Positions 1 through 11,800 of a DNA stretch of 64,000 nt are shown here, piece by piece (position 1 is the stretch's first letter; each line of letters starts with the position of its first letter). The stretch covers positions 5,948,258 to 6,012,257 of the forward strand of contig MU060042.1 in the NCBI GenBank assembly GCA_013265495.1, given 5' to 3'. Both the position numbers and the translations under genes were made by a program. This DNA is from Vicugna vicugna. Taxonomy: Eukaryota. The notes under the pieces were generated by a model that was not told the origin of the DNA, searched no databases, and was given only the letters and a program-made list of their open reading frames with translations.

Positions 1-3000
1 CAGGTTGTGACTCGAAGCACGTGCCGACGTCCGTGTCTCTGAAATGAGCAGTAGGTCACAACGAGTGCTGGGGCCTGGGGAGTCCGTCTCTTCGTCTGAA
101 GTGTTCTCGCTGGCTTCCCAGAACTAACTGTGTTGACCTGGGCCCCTGCCCGCCTGTGGCTCATGGAGCCGGGGGTGAGGGCCCCGGGGCTTCTCCAGGA
201 CCAGCCGAGGAGGCCCCGGGGACACAAGCCAGCCCGCACGGCCTCTGCCGCCGGGGGCGCGGCTCTGAGCGTCCGCAGACCCGGGGCCTGGCTCTCCGTT
301 CCCGCTTGTGCTGGCGCCGAGCAGGGGCGGCCGGCGTGGGTGGTCACGGCGTGGCCAGGCCGCCCTCCAGCTCCCAGACAGCCCAGCGGCCCCAGCTTCA
401 CGGCAGGTTTTGAGTTCACCTCTTCCACTGAGCACTCAGGCTCATTTCCCCCCAATCCGTGGCATTGCACTCTGGGCTTAACCTCGAATCCCCTTCCAGA
501 CAGCAGGACCCTCACTCAGGTGACCATGGGAAGCTCCGTGGGCCTCCTCCTCCTGGGACCCTTGTCACTCCTGCCTACAGCCCCTCGGCCCCCACCCCCG
601 GCAGGCTCCTCCGAACCCGGCCCGCCTGGCGCAGACCTGTCCATGTCCCCTCATTTCATAAACAGACGAGGCCCTGGGCGGTGGGGCCCCGGCCTGGACC
701 AGCGCCGTCAACAGCGGGGCGGCCAAGCGACACCTAGGAGGGCCCTTCCAGTCACCCCCACCCGCCCTGCTCTGGGAGAGGAAGTGTCACGTCCCCGTCC
801 CGCCGCGTGTGACAGCTGCATCTTTGTGGCCCTGACCGCGGAGGCCGCCCCTCCAGTCTTCAGAAGCCTGCCTGTGCGTGCAGCCCCTGCCTGGGCGGAG
901 CAGCGGCATTCAGAGCTGATGAGGCAGGCTCCTGAGGACCGACCCCCACGCTGTCCCTTGTACCCCTAGAGGCCACGTGCGGGCGAGTCCTCCTCTGCCT
1001 CCTGCCAGGAGCTGAGGAGGCGCAGGCGGAGGTCCAATAGCCACTGTCCACACCTGGGCCCCGGCCCAGCCTGCTCTCAGGCACCTGTCGGCTTCCGTGT
1101 GGAGCAGACCACACCCACGTCTCCAGCCCATGGTGTGGAGGCTGGCCTGTTCTGGGGCCTGGGGTGTCAATCCTGGGACCCCAGCCTGCCCAAAACACCC
1201 TCTAAAGGCAACGTAGAGCCGTGTGGTGCCAGGTCGGGGCAGGAGGGCGGTGGGCACTCCTCGTGTGGTCAGTGGCCCTGGAGGCTTTCTGGAACCTTCC
1301 TCCCAAGTCACCTCAGCGGGGTGGCAGCCACACGTCTGTCCAAGTGCAAGAGCCATGGGGGCGGGGCCGGCGCGTAGCTGGGGGCGCAGGCTCCTCGAGC
1401 TCCTTTCCGTCAGAGCCCAGAGGCGGCTCTTGTAGCTCCCAGCTTTATGGGCCCTTGTTCCAGTGGAGGATGGGGTGCACGTTTAACCTCTTCCCACGTT
1501 AAACTTGCTGCCGCAGAGGTGCAGTGAACTGGCCCCTCCCTGCCCACAGGAGGGGAGCATGACCCCGCCGGCCCCTGGACGGCCAGGTCGGGAGGCCGGG
1601 CCTGGGCAGGGCGCAGGGGCACTAGGGGAGGGGCACGGGATCTGCTCTCCCTGCAGGTCCCGCCACGTGCGGGCGCCCTGCCCAGGGTCTGCCCTCACCC
1701 TGCCTTCGTGGGTCCAGCTGTGTCTGGTCGGCTGTCAGGAGTCCAGATGCGGCGGTTGGAGAGCCCCAGACATTAGGAGAGGCGCCTTCACCTCTGATCG
1801 GTAGCCTGGCATCGACCGTCTCGAGTGATACCCACCTGGGGCCTCCTCCCCAAACCTGGCCTTGAATCCACGGGGAGAGGGTTTGAACTTGGACCTGAGT
1901 AGAGATGAGCGGGGGCGGGTGAGGGGCCTGGACTGGTGGAAGAGACCGCGGATGCCCGTTCACAGAGGCTGGGGCTGGGGACAGGCAGCCCAGTGCGGCC
2001 GCACCCAAGGACTCCCTCGCAGAAACCAGTTCCACAGGCGGCCTGGCAGGACCCAGGGGGTGGGACATGGTTTTGTTTAGAAACTTGAGGGCCACAGGCC
2101 ACCAAAAGCAAAGGCAGTGTGAGTCAGGAAGAGGCTGGACCCCCGACGAGTCTGGGCACACCCTCGCGGAGACCTGGCGACCCCCTCCCCCTGGGGACCT
2201 GGGCCCACGACAGGGCGGCGGTCACCCCCACGCGGCTCCCTGAGCTCCCACGGGGTCACCGCCCTCGACCTGCCGCTGCTTGAACACAAACCACCGGGAG
2301 GGCGAATCGGGTCCCCTTCAAGTGCAGTTCTGGTGACACTGGGTGAGATGCGCCTGATGTGTTCATTGGCTTGTGTGGTCTGTTGACCAGAGTCAGCTGT
2401 CGGCCTGGTGGGGTGACAGATCCCCACGTGGGGCACCTGGAGAGCAAGGCAGTGCACACCTGTAGCCGCGGGCTGCTGCCACATTCGGGGAGGCTACCCT
2501 GTCAGTCAACGTCCCCGCCGTCCGCGTCTGACCTGGCACCCCACTAACCTCCGTGAGCCCTCGGTCGCTGTCTCCTGGTGTCCACGTTCTGCTTCCGCAA
2601 AGCCTGTGGGTCCCCGCCCGTGGGGTCGGGGCCTCACCACCTCGTTGGGGTTAGTTGGCAGTGTTACTGCCACCATGGAGCTGAGGTCACGGGCAGGGTG
2701 TGGTTAAAGTCGGGGCGTTCCCACCACTGTGAGCCCACAGGCTTGCCCTCCTGATGCCCTAAGACTTGGGCGCAGGTGCTGGTTACGCTGTGGAAGGACT
2801 GGAGCTCGCTCCCAGAGAAAGAATCCCACCCTGCCGCGTGGTGTGTGGGCCAGTGAGTCGGCTTGTCCACTGATCCACCCCCCACCCCACAGTCCCCTCT
2901 CGGCTCTGGCCGTGGACAGAGGCCACACTGGGTGATGGGCCAGAGATGACCAGAGGGCCGTGGCTGATGGCCCATAGCTCCCCACCACCGCCCCCCGTAT

Positions 3001-6000
3001 CCCTTGAGTGTGGCTCGTCCCCTCTTGGGTGTGGCCCCGCCCGTCCATGTGAGCAGGGCACTTAACAGCTGCTCTCGGGCCGCAGCTTTGGGTTGGCCTG
3101 CTTTTCTGCGTCCCTTCTGCCTTCTTCCGTCTGCGTCTGGATGCCGTGCTAGGTGCTGCGGCTTCGAGTGTCTGTGAAACTTCCACGTCCAGGGACTCAC
3201 AGAGCAGCCTGCTGTGTCCTCGTCACGTAAAGTGAGTCCTGGTTTCTGGATAAAAGAAATCACTTGGCTTCACGAGGTGCTGACACTCAGTGGGGCTGGT
3301 CCGAGTGCGTCCCTCACAGCTGTCCAGAGAGCTGCCCCCGTTCACCTCGGGACCTTGGCCTCTTGGGGTCAGAGGACTGGCCAGATGGTGTCCTGTTCCT
3401 GGACTGCTGGGCCCTGCCCTTCAGTGAGGGGACGGGCTGGCTCAGGGCACGGGGAACACCCAGCTTGTCCTTCCTCACGTGTGGGTCCCGTTCTGGGCAC
3501 GAGCCCCAGGTGCCCAGGTGTGAGGGAGCCCAAGACGGCGTCCGTCCACTGCCCCCACCCCCGGCTGCCGGGGGCCATGGGCGCGTGCCCTGAGCGTTTG
3601 GCAGCGAAGGAAAGGAAACGTCAGTGTCTGTAACAGCCCGCAGGCCTGGGGTCTGAGCCCCGCTCCCTCGTGGAGACATGTCACATGCCCTCGGCCCCCC
3701 GGGGCAGCTGGCCCTGCCCACTGGCTTGTCTATCTGAGGGGAGTCCTAGGGGACAGCCACGGTGGGACCACAGACTTCAGTTCTGCGGAGTGGCCGTCAG
3801 CTGGGGGCCTCTGGCTGCCCCCGCCCGATCATCTGCTGAATCAGCCAGGGGTGGTCATTTACCAAATCCACCGAATCCTTGGGCGAAAGACAGGGTGGAA
3901 ATGACCGATTCGCCCGGATCCCGGACGTCGGGGACTGAGGCTTGCTTGGCACTGACTCAGTCTCCGAGGACAAGTTCAGAGTGGTTTCCCGGGGTGTGTG
4001 GCTGGGGTGGGATGGGGTAGCCATGCCTGGGGGCCACCTGTCCACTCAGCGCCCAGAGCCAGACAGGATGGGGCTCACACTGGCTTCTTGACCTTGTGAG
4101 TGAGTCCACAGCGCCGCCACACCTGTGACCGTGAGGACTGGAGCCTGTCCACCCCGAGGAGAGGCTGATGGGAATCTGGGCAGGGGAATTCGGAAAGGTG
4201 GCCGGAACTGCCCTGAGCCTCCCTGATCTCACTGGGTGGCCGGTAGGCGTCCACGGAAGGGTTACGATCGATTCAGGATCGGAGCCATGTGGGGCTGGGT
4301 CTGCCCCGTGGAAGGGCGCACTTGTCCCCACTGTCTCCAGGACCATCCTCCACCCTGGCCGGGAGGGGGCAGGGCCACTGCCTGGCTCCTGGGGACTCGA
4401 GTCTCAGCGCAGGAAGATCTCGTCGGGGCTCAAGTCCCCTGGTGTCCCCACTCCTGGCAGAAACGCCCAGGCACCTTCAACGAGGAGCTCCGGTGCCATC
4501 AACAGAGGATACGCAGCTTTGGGGCTTGGGGTGCCACCTCCACGATGACAGTCACGCCCTGAGTGAGGCCCGGCCGGCAGCCTACGTTTCCACAAGATGT
4601 GTTCTGTGGCCAGCAGTCGGCCTTGAGATCACATTGACCTCCCACACTTTCGCTTTCTCTGACGGACTGAGACTACTGCTCACCACTGGGGTGACCTGGT
4701 CTGCAGTGCCCGCCCCCACACCTCCCACCCAGACCAGCGCAGTGAACGGTGGACAGACGCCCTGTCACAGGAGTCTCGGGCCAGGAGGGCGCTGCTCTCA
4801 GCCGTGGGCAAGGGTCCCCTCACGCAGGACCCTTCTGCCTCTCCCCCAGCTCAGGAGGCAGCACTGTCCGCGGGCTGCTGTACAGAGAGGGCTGAGGGCC
4901 ATCAGAGGGCAAGGATCCGGCCACCTTGTGGGTGTCGAGGGGCAGGGGCCGCAGACACAGGGAAGGACGTCTGAGTGGAGGGGCCCAGCTTGGAGTCGTG
5001 TGCCGTGGCGGCCCCTGGGGCTGGGCGGGCTGGGGTCCAGCCTGGGGCTTCAGCCTGCGTCCACTCTCCACCCCACGATGGCAAGAACTCAGTGGGTCCC
5101 GACGCCATCAGAAAGTGATGTGTTTCGTGAACTGCCCCGTCGTGCGCTGGACAGGCTCCTGCCCACACAGAGGCCCCACAGGAACATTTTGCTGACACTC
5201 TCCCAGAGTGACGTGGGAGTCACCCTGGTGCCGCCGCGGCTTTCAACAGGTCGTGAAGGACAGGCACGGAAGCGTCCAGCGCAGCAGACACCACGCGCTC
5301 CTGCCCCTGCCGGCCTCCTGGGATCGCTGGTCCTGGCTGGGCGTTCACTCCGCCTGCCCCGCGAGGCAGGTAACTCACGCCTGGGGCGCTTCCCGGCAGC
5401 TGTGTTTGCGGCTGCTTCTCTACAGTCGGCAGAGCAGACAGGGTAAGAGTTTTAAAAGAGCTCAGGGGACACTTTACGAAAGAAGCGAGTTGGCCCTCAT
5501 GCCTGGCTGCAAATCCAGGGCAGCGGAGCGAGCATCCCAGGGGGGTTTTAATTTAATCGGCCAGACACACGTGTTTAAGAAGTCGGAGTGTCCGCACGCT
5601 GATTCAGAATCTGAACTCTGCCGGGGTGCCACGTTCCACGCGAGCGTCTTCCGAGTGGGAGAGACTTGGTTCCCCCGCATCGTGTTGGTTTGTCGGGGCT
5701 GCTTTTAGTGACAGCCCTGCCTCTCAGGGCTGGGGCCTCTCGGGGCTGCTAGCGTCCACTCGCCATCTCTGGAGGATTCTGGTGGGAACCTGCTCGCCAG
5801 CCCCGTGGCGCCGTCTCAAGGAACTGTGTCCTGAGGCTGAGGCCGTCGGTGCCAGCCGGCAGCACTGCTTCTGGGAGACGCCGTCCCTCCCGCAGCCACG
5901 GCGTTGAAGCTGTCCAGGCTTTGCAGTGGGAAGTGAGCAGGGTGCGTCCCCGTCGTGGGTGCCGGCCCACTCTCCCCTGCCCGCCGGTGGGTGTGAAGCT

Positions 6001-8152
6001 GCGTGAGGCTGCACACGGAGCTGGCTGGGGGGCGGGGCACGGGAGAGCCCCCGCACACGCTCAGACGTGCCCAGTCTGGGGCCCCACCTGGACCCTGAAC
6101 AGCCCCTGGTGCCATGCTCCCTGGGGCCTGGGGTCCCCACAGCGTGGCACGTCCAGGTGGGGAGCCTGCGCCCCCTCGCTGAGGAAGGACATAGCTCCGC
6201 CCGAGACTCAGCTGCTGCCGGGCACCTGTGGGTACTCCACTGGTGTGTGATCAGCACGCGAATCAGACGCCGCACAGAGGGCAGCTGGCTTCTCATGTCC
6301 TGCAGCAGCCAGCGGCGGCCTTCGGCTGAGTGCGGCCCCGGGACTCCAGCCCCCCGTGCAGAGCCCGGCCTGTGGCGCTCTCAGAAAAGAGATGCCTGTT
6401 CCGTGAAGGGCCGTGAGTGTGTGTGGGCATCGGCCCTCAGTGTGGAGGTGGCCTGGCTGATGGAAACCCACCCAGCGGCCCCCACGGGGCACCCAGGGTG
6501 AAGACGTCCTGTGGTCTCTGCAGGCTTGCCCGCCTGCCCCCACCCCACGTCCCACGTCAGCTTTGCTGGGCTTGTCTGGCCCGGGGGTGCTGGGGGTGTG
6601 GGGCCTGGGCCTTGGAAGCAGGGTTTCCGGCAGGGCTGAGACCTCCCAGCTCTCGGCCAGACGAGAGGGCACATCAGGGAGTGACAGACGGCGTCCCCTC
6701 CTTGTGTCTCCTTCCAGCTGTCGGCTCCGCCTGGGGATCCAGTCGCCCTGCAACTGGGCATCTCCCTGCTCTGTGTGAAGGGGGATGCATCAAAGACAGG
6801 CGGTGATTGAGGAAGGGGTGGGGGTGGGTGTCGGCAGGTGGAAAAGGCGAGACCGAAGACAGTGACCCCCCCAGGAATCCCGCGTGCCCAAAGCCTAGGA
6901 CTTGGAGACCCCCGAGCAGAGTGCCATGCTCTTGCCTCAGCTGGTCTGGGGCATCAGCGGGGTCCCAGCCACACGGCCGCCGCACTGCCCAGGCGCCCTG
7001 CAGACACTCTGCGGAAGAGCTGGTCTGCGACGTCCGGCTGCCGGGGAAGCCGCAGGCACCGTGGCCGTAACAGCAAACAGATGTGCAAACTTGCCAGCTC
7101 AGGGCCTTCGTGAGGCACAGCTATGTTTGGGGGAGGGTCTTCATTTATTCAAGGAGGAGGCAGGGGCCACACGTAGGCCCGCAGCCTGGGGTTGAGGGGC
7201 CTTCCCTCCGCGTGGCCCCCCTGCCACCAGGAACCCACCTGTGCGCGCGGAGAGGTGAAAACGTGATGAGGGTGTGCTGACAGCTCAGCCACCCGCGTTC
7301 GCCTTCAGCGGCCGGGGCGGCCGGTGTGAACTGAAGTGGGCTCTCACTAGTCGCTCTCGGAGTAGTTTGACCATCAAGGGGTCTCATGTAAACAGGGATA
7401 AAGACAGTGAGAAAACGGGGCCACGGGGAGTAAGCGCGGGCAGGACCGGGGCTGTGGGTCGGGACGGAGCCCGAGCGCCCGAGGAGACCCCACAGGCACA
7501 CCCGCCCGTTTTCTTCCCCTCCGGTCCCCCTTCGTCCCCTTGCCAGCTCTGGGTGGACCGGAGAGCACCCTGGAGGTTGTGTGGAGCCTCTGACTCCACC
7601 CTGGGAGCTGCGTGATCCCCGGTCCTCCGTTGTCTCCCCGCAGGAGCAAAGCAGCGGGAAGGAGGGACGGACAGCACTTTGCTCTTGTCAAAGGGCTCCC
7701 CCACCCTCGTCCGGCAGCTGAAGGGCTCTGCGCTGGGGCAGGTGCCCACTCGTCCTTCTGCTGGGTTTGTGGGACTTCTCAGCACCGTCCTCCTGTGTGC
7801 TCCGGTTTCCCAGACACGCGGACGTTTATCAGCTAGGGCGTCGGTAGCAGCAGAAATGAGTAGTACATCCAAGTTAAGGTTTTCGCTTTGATGACTACAA
7901 ATCCGTGGGCCCTTGGGTCCAAGGCTTCCCCTGCAGTTTGCAAATGGATTTTCACAGCACGTCAGTGCTGGGGGAGAGGCCAAGGGAAGCAGTGCTCTCA
8001 GAATGAGAACCAGCTGCTGCTCTCGGGGCCGATGACTCACGCCCTCTTTAGTTGGGTGGGAGGCCCGGGCAGGAGCCGCACAGGGACGCAGTCAAAACGC
8101 TGTTTGTTTTCGGAGGTCGCCCGCCGCAAGCCGCCCACCCCACCCCCTGCAG

Positions 8153-8185
8153 CTCACGTTCTCTGCCTTCTCTCCCCCCTCGCAG
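8153..8185 (+). other. NFATC1: Branch point and 3' splice acceptor of exon IX
   Basis: CTCAC (8153-8157, A at 8156), then gttctctgccttctctcccccctcgCAG. Confidence 0.85.
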
Positions 8186-8875
8186 TTCCAGTCATAAAAA
8201 CAGAGCCCAGTGACGACTACGAGCCTGCTCTCACCTGTGGACCAACGCGCCAGGGCCCGAGCCCCCTCCCGAAGCCTTGCTACGGCCAGCCGCTGGCCAC
8301 GCCGCCCGACCCGGCCTCCTGCCTCGGGGCCGGCTTCCCGCCCTGTCCGCAGAGAAGCACCGGGATGTCCCCGCCGCCCAGCTCCAGCCCGAAGCTCCAC
8401 GACCTCTCTGCTGCCCCCTACAGCCAGGGCGTGGCCAGCCTGGGCCACGGCCACCTCGGACTTCAGCGGCCAGCCGGAGGGGTGCTCACCGGCCAGGAGG
8501 CACCGAGGCCCACGGGCGTGCACCCCGGCTCCCCCCAGCTGCCGCCGCCCACCCTGCTGCAGCCACAGGTGAGTCCACAGCTGAGCAGCTGCTGCTTCCC
8601 GGGCCACCGGCCAGCTCTCTGTCCCAACAGCCCCTCCTCGCCACCGCCGCCCGGTGCCCAAGAGCCGGCCTGTTTGCAGCCCTGCAGCCCCACCCGCCCG
8701 TCTGCGATGGGCCACCAGCAGCACCCCCCGCCGAAGGTCCCAAGGAGCGAGCCTGCCGCCGCCCGGCCTCTGCTGCCGCCCGAGGTGCGTGAGGACAGTA
8801 ACCATAGTCTGGCCCCCATTCCCGTAACGGTCAAGCGCGAGCCTCAAGAGCTGGACCAGCTGGACCTGGATGACG
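8186..8875 (+). CDS. NFATC1: NFATC1 penultimate coding exon (exon IX, long form), 690 nt, phase 1-1; Pro/Ser-rich C-terminal region of the long isoforms
   Basis: Translates (V)PVIKTEPSDDYEPALTCG...PKLHDLS...LAPIPVTVKREPQELDQLDLDD, which I recognise as the NFATC1 C-terminal extension (human VPIIKTEPTDDYEP...VTVKREPEELDQLYLDD, recalled). Preceded by a pyrimidine tract and CAG (8183-8185) and followed by G|GTAAGT. SUMO consensus motifs IKTE (8194-8205) and VKRE (8830-8841) are intact. Confidence 0.97.
8566..8574 (+). other. NFATC1: Internal 5' splice donor in exon IX (short exon IXS, isoform-B type)
   Basis: CAG|GTGAGT falls on a codon boundary (phase 0). Joining it to exon X, which begins TAA, stops the protein at ...LLQPQ*, matching the known NFATC1/B architecture. 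Confidence 0.85.
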
Positions 8876-8881
8876 GTAAGT
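8873..8881 (+). other. NFATC1: 5' splice donor of long exon IX
   Basis: ACG|GTAAGT, GT at 8876-8877. Confidence 0.93.
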
Positions 8882-11800
8882 GCCCGAGGCGACGGTGCGG
8901 CAGAAGGGCGTGTGCGCCAGCGGCCGGCCGCCCGTCAAGCGGGAAGCGCTGTTGGTGGCACCTGCGTGGTTGGCTGTGCGGCTGCCAGCCCACGGGGGAG
9001 ACACGCAGCTCTGACCAGAGAGCTCGGACGCGGGTCCCGGCACCTGTGGCCTTAGACCCTCAAGGGTCCTGTCCCTGGGGTGATGCCGGCCAACAGCTCG
9101 GGAGCGCGTGCACCGTGCGGGCTGAGCCGTCCTGCTAGGAGAGGCGGCCCAGAGCCCGGCGTCAGGCCCGGCTTGTCGTTTCTCGCCGTCCGAGGAGCCG
9201 CTGCAGTTGAGTGAACGGTTTTTGCGCAGAGGCTGAGCTGCGAGTGAGTGGAATTTCACCCTGCGCAGCTCCGCGGACACGCTTAAGCACGCGCAGGCTT
9301 GTCAGAAGCTCCGAGAACGGATAGTAAAGAGCAGGCGCTCCCTGGCCTGGGGCTCATCCCAGCACAGGCAACCTCGCCCCGGGACACACCGGGCCCCCTC
9401 CGTGCAGAGATGTGGAGGGTGACTTGGAAAGAGGTGCCCTGCAAACTCCCGAGTCAGGCCAGCTCATGTAGAGGACCTGAGAGCCGAGGTCCTCCGGCAG
9501 CGGTGACAGGAGGCACCTCGGTGAGGGATGGGGTCTCTCTCCCAGGGACAAGGTGCCGAGGGCCCGTGACCTGCTTGCTAGGACTCGATTCGGTGCTTTC
9601 GTGGGCCCTGCGTGGATCGTGTGAGCGCCTGGCCTCCCGTCAGCGGCACAGCCCCCTTGCCCAGGTGTCGGCTGTTTCCCAGACCAGGGTGCCGGCCAAC
9701 GCTGAACACGGCTCCTGGCCTCCCCCAACGCCGCCTCGGCCTCCCAACCTCCACGGTCAAGGCCTCTCAGCCCCCTTCAGCCATTTCCCCTAAAAAAACC
9801 AGCCAGACGTTGTGGGCGTTTCCCTCCCACTGCAGCCGTCTCAGGAGATGCCACGTTTCCCCACGTTCGTGTCCCGCAAGCCTCCCGTTGGGCCCTGTGC
9901 TCCCAGGACCCTGGGGAGAGTCTCTCCCGGAGCTGCCGTTCCGGAAGCAGGTGGCGGGCCCCACCTGGTGCTGAGGCGCACGTGGAGGCCGGCCCGGGGG
10001 CACGTGAGCCTCCTCAGGGGTGAAGTGCAGCGCCACCTCGGGACGCCGGCGCTGGCCCCCCTCCACTGAGTTGTCCCGTCCACTTAGGTGGAAACGAGGC
10101 CCCGCAAATGCCTCCCCGGCTCGTTCCTGACTCAAGGGTACGAGCTTTCAAACACCCTTAAGCCAGGCGTCCTCCCAGTCGGACGTGCTCGTGGTCTGTA
10201 GGTGAGACCACTGGGGGCGCCACCAGGACTCAGTGGCTGATCCCTGGAGAACCGCGCTCTGGGCCCAGAACTGCCCTCAGCAGCTGTGGGAAGTCAGTCC
10301 CGCCCAGGAGGTGCCCGATTCACCCGGATGTGCCTGCAGGACCCCGGTCACCCAGCCAGACCCGCGATCTCTGCAGGAGCAGGGTGGCAGTCCGGACAAA
10401 AGGGGACCACGCGTTCTGCTGACCCTTGGTGCCTTGCGTTCAGCCCTGGTGCCTGGCGAGGCAGGCTGCTGGGTCCGGGCTTCTGTCTGAGAAAGTTCCG
10501 GCGTGGTCCTGCCGAGGCAGGGTGGACAGAGAGGAGCGTTGCCCCCTGAGGTCCGGACAGCCCCACAGCTTTCGGGCGCAGGCAGAGGACTGGGCAGTGC
10601 CCTCTGGCCCCCGTCCAGCTGCCCAGGCCCCTCTCATGGTCAGATGCAGCCTTTTTAGGTGGGAGGGTGGGCAGGGAGCGACCTGGGGAATGGCCCACGT
10701 CCGGTGAGCTCAGTGAATGCCCGTTCTGCTCCCTCGACAATGTGTCGGGTGTGAGGTGTGAGGTGTGAGGATGCTCGGTCCACGGCCCAGGCAGTTCTCC
10801 AGGCCCCTCTGGACTTGGCTGAGAGGTCAAGGCTGAGTAGGACGGCCCAGCCGGAGGCCCGTTGGCCCAGGAGGGCCGCCGTGGCCGCACGGTGCTGAGC
10901 GCACAGGTGCAGCCCCTGGTGCTGGTGAGACTGCCCCCTGTCCCGTCCACCTGGTGCTGACCTCTCCTGGCCCTGACAGGCACTCCAGCCCCTCCGGCCC
11001 CTGTGCTTCCCTTCCCAAACTCCCCCGACCCCAGGGCCTGCCGGCCCTGCCCCAAACATCTGTGGAGCACCCGGCTGTCCACTTTAGGGCCCCACATCTC
11101 TCACCTACGTCATGAGGTCACTTTGTGGTAGGTCTCCTGTTCCTAAATCCAACCCCCAGTATTCTGCTTCGCTCTCCTTGTGATCACGGCTCTCTCAGAA
11201 CACTGGCCTGACCCTGTGACTTCCTGTCCCAAACTCCCCGGACCCTCGCTGCCGGAGAATCAGGAGCCCCGTGTGGGCTTGGTGGCCCCCGGCCTCCCTG
11301 CCTCGCCTCCCACGCACCCCACCTGCTGGCAGTCTTGGTCCACCGTTTCCTTGGTCCTGGGGCCCCTGGCAGAGGTTCTGAGACCCAGTCCAGTGTGGCT
11401 CCAGCAGGTGGTTCTCTCGGCCTCTGTTTCAGGCTGGAGCTACAGGCCGTTTCCTGAGTGTCCACAGTCCCAGGCCAGCTGTCACGTGCTGGCCTCTGAG
11501 AGCAAAGCGGCGTGCGTAGTTTCGGTCAGGGTTGGGACCATGGTTAAGGTGCCCGTGCCAGAGGCTCCCTGGACCGCAGTGAACGTGCTTCTGTGAATCC
11601 ACATGTTTCCACGGGACCCCCAGCCTCCCCAGCGTGAACTCTGAGCGAGTGTGGGGGCGGGTTCTCCGCGGGCCCCCTTGACGGGGGTGGCTGGTGAGAA
11701 CCTGGCGGGGTTTTGGTGAAGCTTGGCTGTCTTGAGTTGACTGCAGTGATCCCAGCCCGTCCATTCAGTGTTCTGTGTGGTTGAGGTTTTTGGAAATTAG

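Noticed and set aside
130-969. 279-aa ORF, and similar long ORFs at 4289-5446, 10348-11097, 33087-33869 and 61811-62791
   Set aside because: Pro/Gly/Ala/Arg-rich with no recognisable domain, and overlapped by ORFs in other frames. Stop-codon scarcity in GC-rich DNA explains them.
1-8185. Proximal poly(A) site of the short NFATC1/A isoform
   Set aside because: I saw no AATAAA in this stretch; that site and exon VIII probably lie upstream of the window.
7888-9138. 416-aa ORF as a single-exon gene
   Set aside because: Only 8186-8875 is NFATC1-like; the flanks are intronic read-through beyond clear splice sites.
1-9270. Short inverted repeats at 4-62, 1477-1508, 3853-3905 and 9235-9270
   Set aside because: Stems of only 7-11 bp, at chance frequency for 64 kb of GC-rich sequence.
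10203-10222. CTCF-like CCACTGGGGGCGCC (also ~39940 and ~53566)
   Set aside because: Each needs a gap or several core mismatches against the consensus; not supportable without a PWM scan.
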